From an uncultured Sunxiuqinia sp. (GTDB lineage Bacteria > Bacteroidota > Bacteroidia > Bacteroidales > Prolixibacteraceae): a stretch of DNA of 64,000 bases. Below the pieces are notes generated by a model. It was not told the origin of the DNA. It was given only the letters and a program-made list of their open reading frames with translations, and did no database searches. Below are positions 62,530-64,000 of this stretch, in pieces (positions within the stretch are counted from its first letter, which is position 1; each line of letters starts with the position of its first letter). The translations under genes were made by a program, and so were the position numbers. The stretch is taken from contig CAXXES010000001.1 in NCBI GenBank assembly GCA_963677175.2, positions 946,444 to 1,010,443 of the forward strand. Reading direction: 5' to 3'.

Positions 62530-64000
62530 TTAGAAATCAATATTTGCACCGAAAGTAATTGTCCGGACGGTCGGATAATTCCCTCCATCTGATCCACCGG
62601 TAGCCCCACCCATGCCAGAAGCTTCAATAGAATATCCCGGGTACTCATCGAATGAGTAAAGATTCTGTGCATTAATATTAAGTTCCAGATTTTTAACACC
62701 AATTTTACTGCAAATCTTGCTTGGTATTTTATACCCCAACGCTACATTTCGTATTTTCAGGTAGTCTGATTTAAACAGATAGCGGGTTTGAGATACAAGA
62801 GCCCCATAAACATTACTTGAACCGGCTTTCTGAGAAATACCGTCGCCTGTTTCAGTTTCTGACCGCCAACGGTTTCTTGCATATTTTGCAAATGCATTTT
62901 CCATATGGCGGTTCAACCCGGATGCATATCCAAACCCCCAATATGTAAGGCCGCCATACTGTCCATCAAGGACAAATGACAAGGAAACGTTTTTGTAAGC
63001 GAATTGGCTTGTTAAACCAGCATTAAATTTTGGCATATTGTTACCTTGATATACCATATCGTTGGAGTTAATCACACCATCTTCTACGTAATCCAGGAAC
63101 TTTAAGTCTCCGATGCTTTGTGTAAATAGTTTTGCGTCTCTAACTACTTCTTCAGCAGAGTTAAATGTACCAATATTCACGTAACAATACACATCGCCGA
63201 GAGATCGACCTACGTAATTTCGGATCATACCATTGGCACTTCCATAATAATCGTTTCCTGTTGCCAGTGAAAGCAATTTATTGCGGTTGAAAGAGATATT
63301 GAAGTTTGTTGTCCATTTAAGCCCTTTGTTTAAGATCGGTGCGTTAATTGAAAGCTCGATACCTCTATTTCGAATTTCCCCGGCATTCATTGTCACTGTG
63401 TTGCTTTTTCCATTCAGGTTAGGAATCGAAGCAGAAAGTACTGCATCACTAATTCTGTTGTAATAGTCCATCGTGACAGACACCCTGTTGAACAACCCAA
63501 TATCAATTCCCAAATCAAACTGAGTGTTCTTCTCCCAGCCTAATCCATGGTTCGAATAGCCGCCCGGGTAGTATCCGGTCACACGATTTGCGGTTGAACC
63601 GGAACCATATACATAATACCCCTGCGTTAAACCAGAAGTCCATACATAATCACTTCCTATCTGATCATTACCTGTTACACCATAGCTTGCCCTAACTTTT
63701 GCAATGGATAGCCATTGGAGATTTTTCATCCAAGGTTCTTCCGAAAGATTATAGGCTCCAGAAGCTGACCAGAAAACACCCGCACGGTTGTTGGGACCGA
63801 ATTTACTTGACCGGTCCTGGCGAATGGATCCTGACAACAAGTATTTGCTCTTGTAGTCGTAGTTTATACGCCCAAATATCGCGTCAAATACGTACTCTGT
63901 GTTGGTTGAAGAACCATCCCAAATAAATGCACCTGCCACATTTTCAATATTCGTATTTCCATAAGCTATCGGATAGTTGGCATCGGTACGGTCATCCTGC
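62530..64000 (-). CDS. SusC/RagA-family TonB-dependent transporter, C-terminal ~490 codons (5' end beyond window end) (PUL5)
   Basis: The frame stays open past the ORF-track start: own translation of 63940-63999 gives QDDRTDANYPIAYGNTNIEN with no stop. Beta-barrel repeats, terminal ..FGANIDF. Confidence 0.88.
   Translation of the reverse strand, partial: QDDRTDANYPIAYGNTNIENVAGAFIWDGSSTNTEYVFDAIFGRINYDYKSKYLLSGSIRQDRSSKFGPNNRAGVFWSASGAYNLSEEPWMKNLQWLSIAKVRASYGVTGNDQIGSDYVWTSGLTQGYYVYGSGSTANRVTGYYPGGYSNHGLGWEKNTQFDLGIDIGLFNRVSVTMDYYNRISDAVLSASIPNLNGKSNTVTMNAGEIRNRGIELSINAPILNKGLKWTTNFNISFNRNKLLSLATGNDYYGSANGMIRNYVGRSLGDVYCYVNIGTFNSAEEVVRDAKLFTQSIGDLKFLDYVEDGVINSNDMVYQGNNMPKFNAGLTSQFAYKNVSLSFVLDGQYGGLTYWGFGYASGLNRHMENAFAKYARNRWRSETETGDGISQKAGSSNVYGALVSQTRYLFKSDYLKIRNVALGYKIPSKICSKIGVKNLELNINAQNLYSFDEYPGYSIEASGMGGATGGSDGGNYPTVRTITFGANIDF

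Overview
64-kb chromosomal segment with clear Bacteroidota hallmarks: five SusC/SusD pairs, ECF-sigma/FecR anti-sigma modules, a type III glutamine synthetase, TAnnTTTG -7 promoter boxes and lipoprotein signal peptides. 1-11 kb holds housekeeping genes on mixed strands: a polA fragment running off the left edge, queD, an ArsR-family regulator, a polyprenyl synthase, a CDF transporter lacking its cytoplasmic domain, a strikingly AT-rich lgt, and Tat-signal TldD plus PmbA. This stretch is interrupted by a 1.25-kb ORF-poor, repeat-dense spacer with a 41-bp tandem array, paired palindromic elements and a perfect 23-bp hairpin. 11.5-20 kb is a nitrogen neighbourhood carrying all three glutamine-synthetase classes (GSII, a GSI-like paralogue, GSIII) around an APH-fold kinase, a HAD-IIA phosphatase and a CobD/HisC-like PLP enzyme. 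It is followed by a RelE/ParE toxin-antitoxin pair whose toxin looks frameshifted. 20.7-64 kb is essentially all minus strand and holds five PULs. PUL1-3 are tandem ECF-sigma / anti-sigma / STN-SusC / SusD modules; their cargo is a GH29 fucosidase, nothing, and a GH55-like beta-helix::SMP-30 propeller fusion plus an unassigned clan GH-A-like enzyme, respectively. PUL4 looks decayed: no regulators, truncated STN domain, in-frame TGA in SusC. PUL5, whose SusC runs off the right edge, carries a GH106-like enzyme and a CE15-like esterase. The most interesting non-coding signal is at the anti-sigma/SusC junctions of PUL1-3. Each carries, on the antisense strand, a -7 promoter box overlapping the SusC start codon, followed by two hairpins and a U-run; this is the layout of DonS-type cis-antisense PUL-repressing sRNAs. 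No rRNA, tRNA, CRISPR array, transposase or integrase was recognised by eye.
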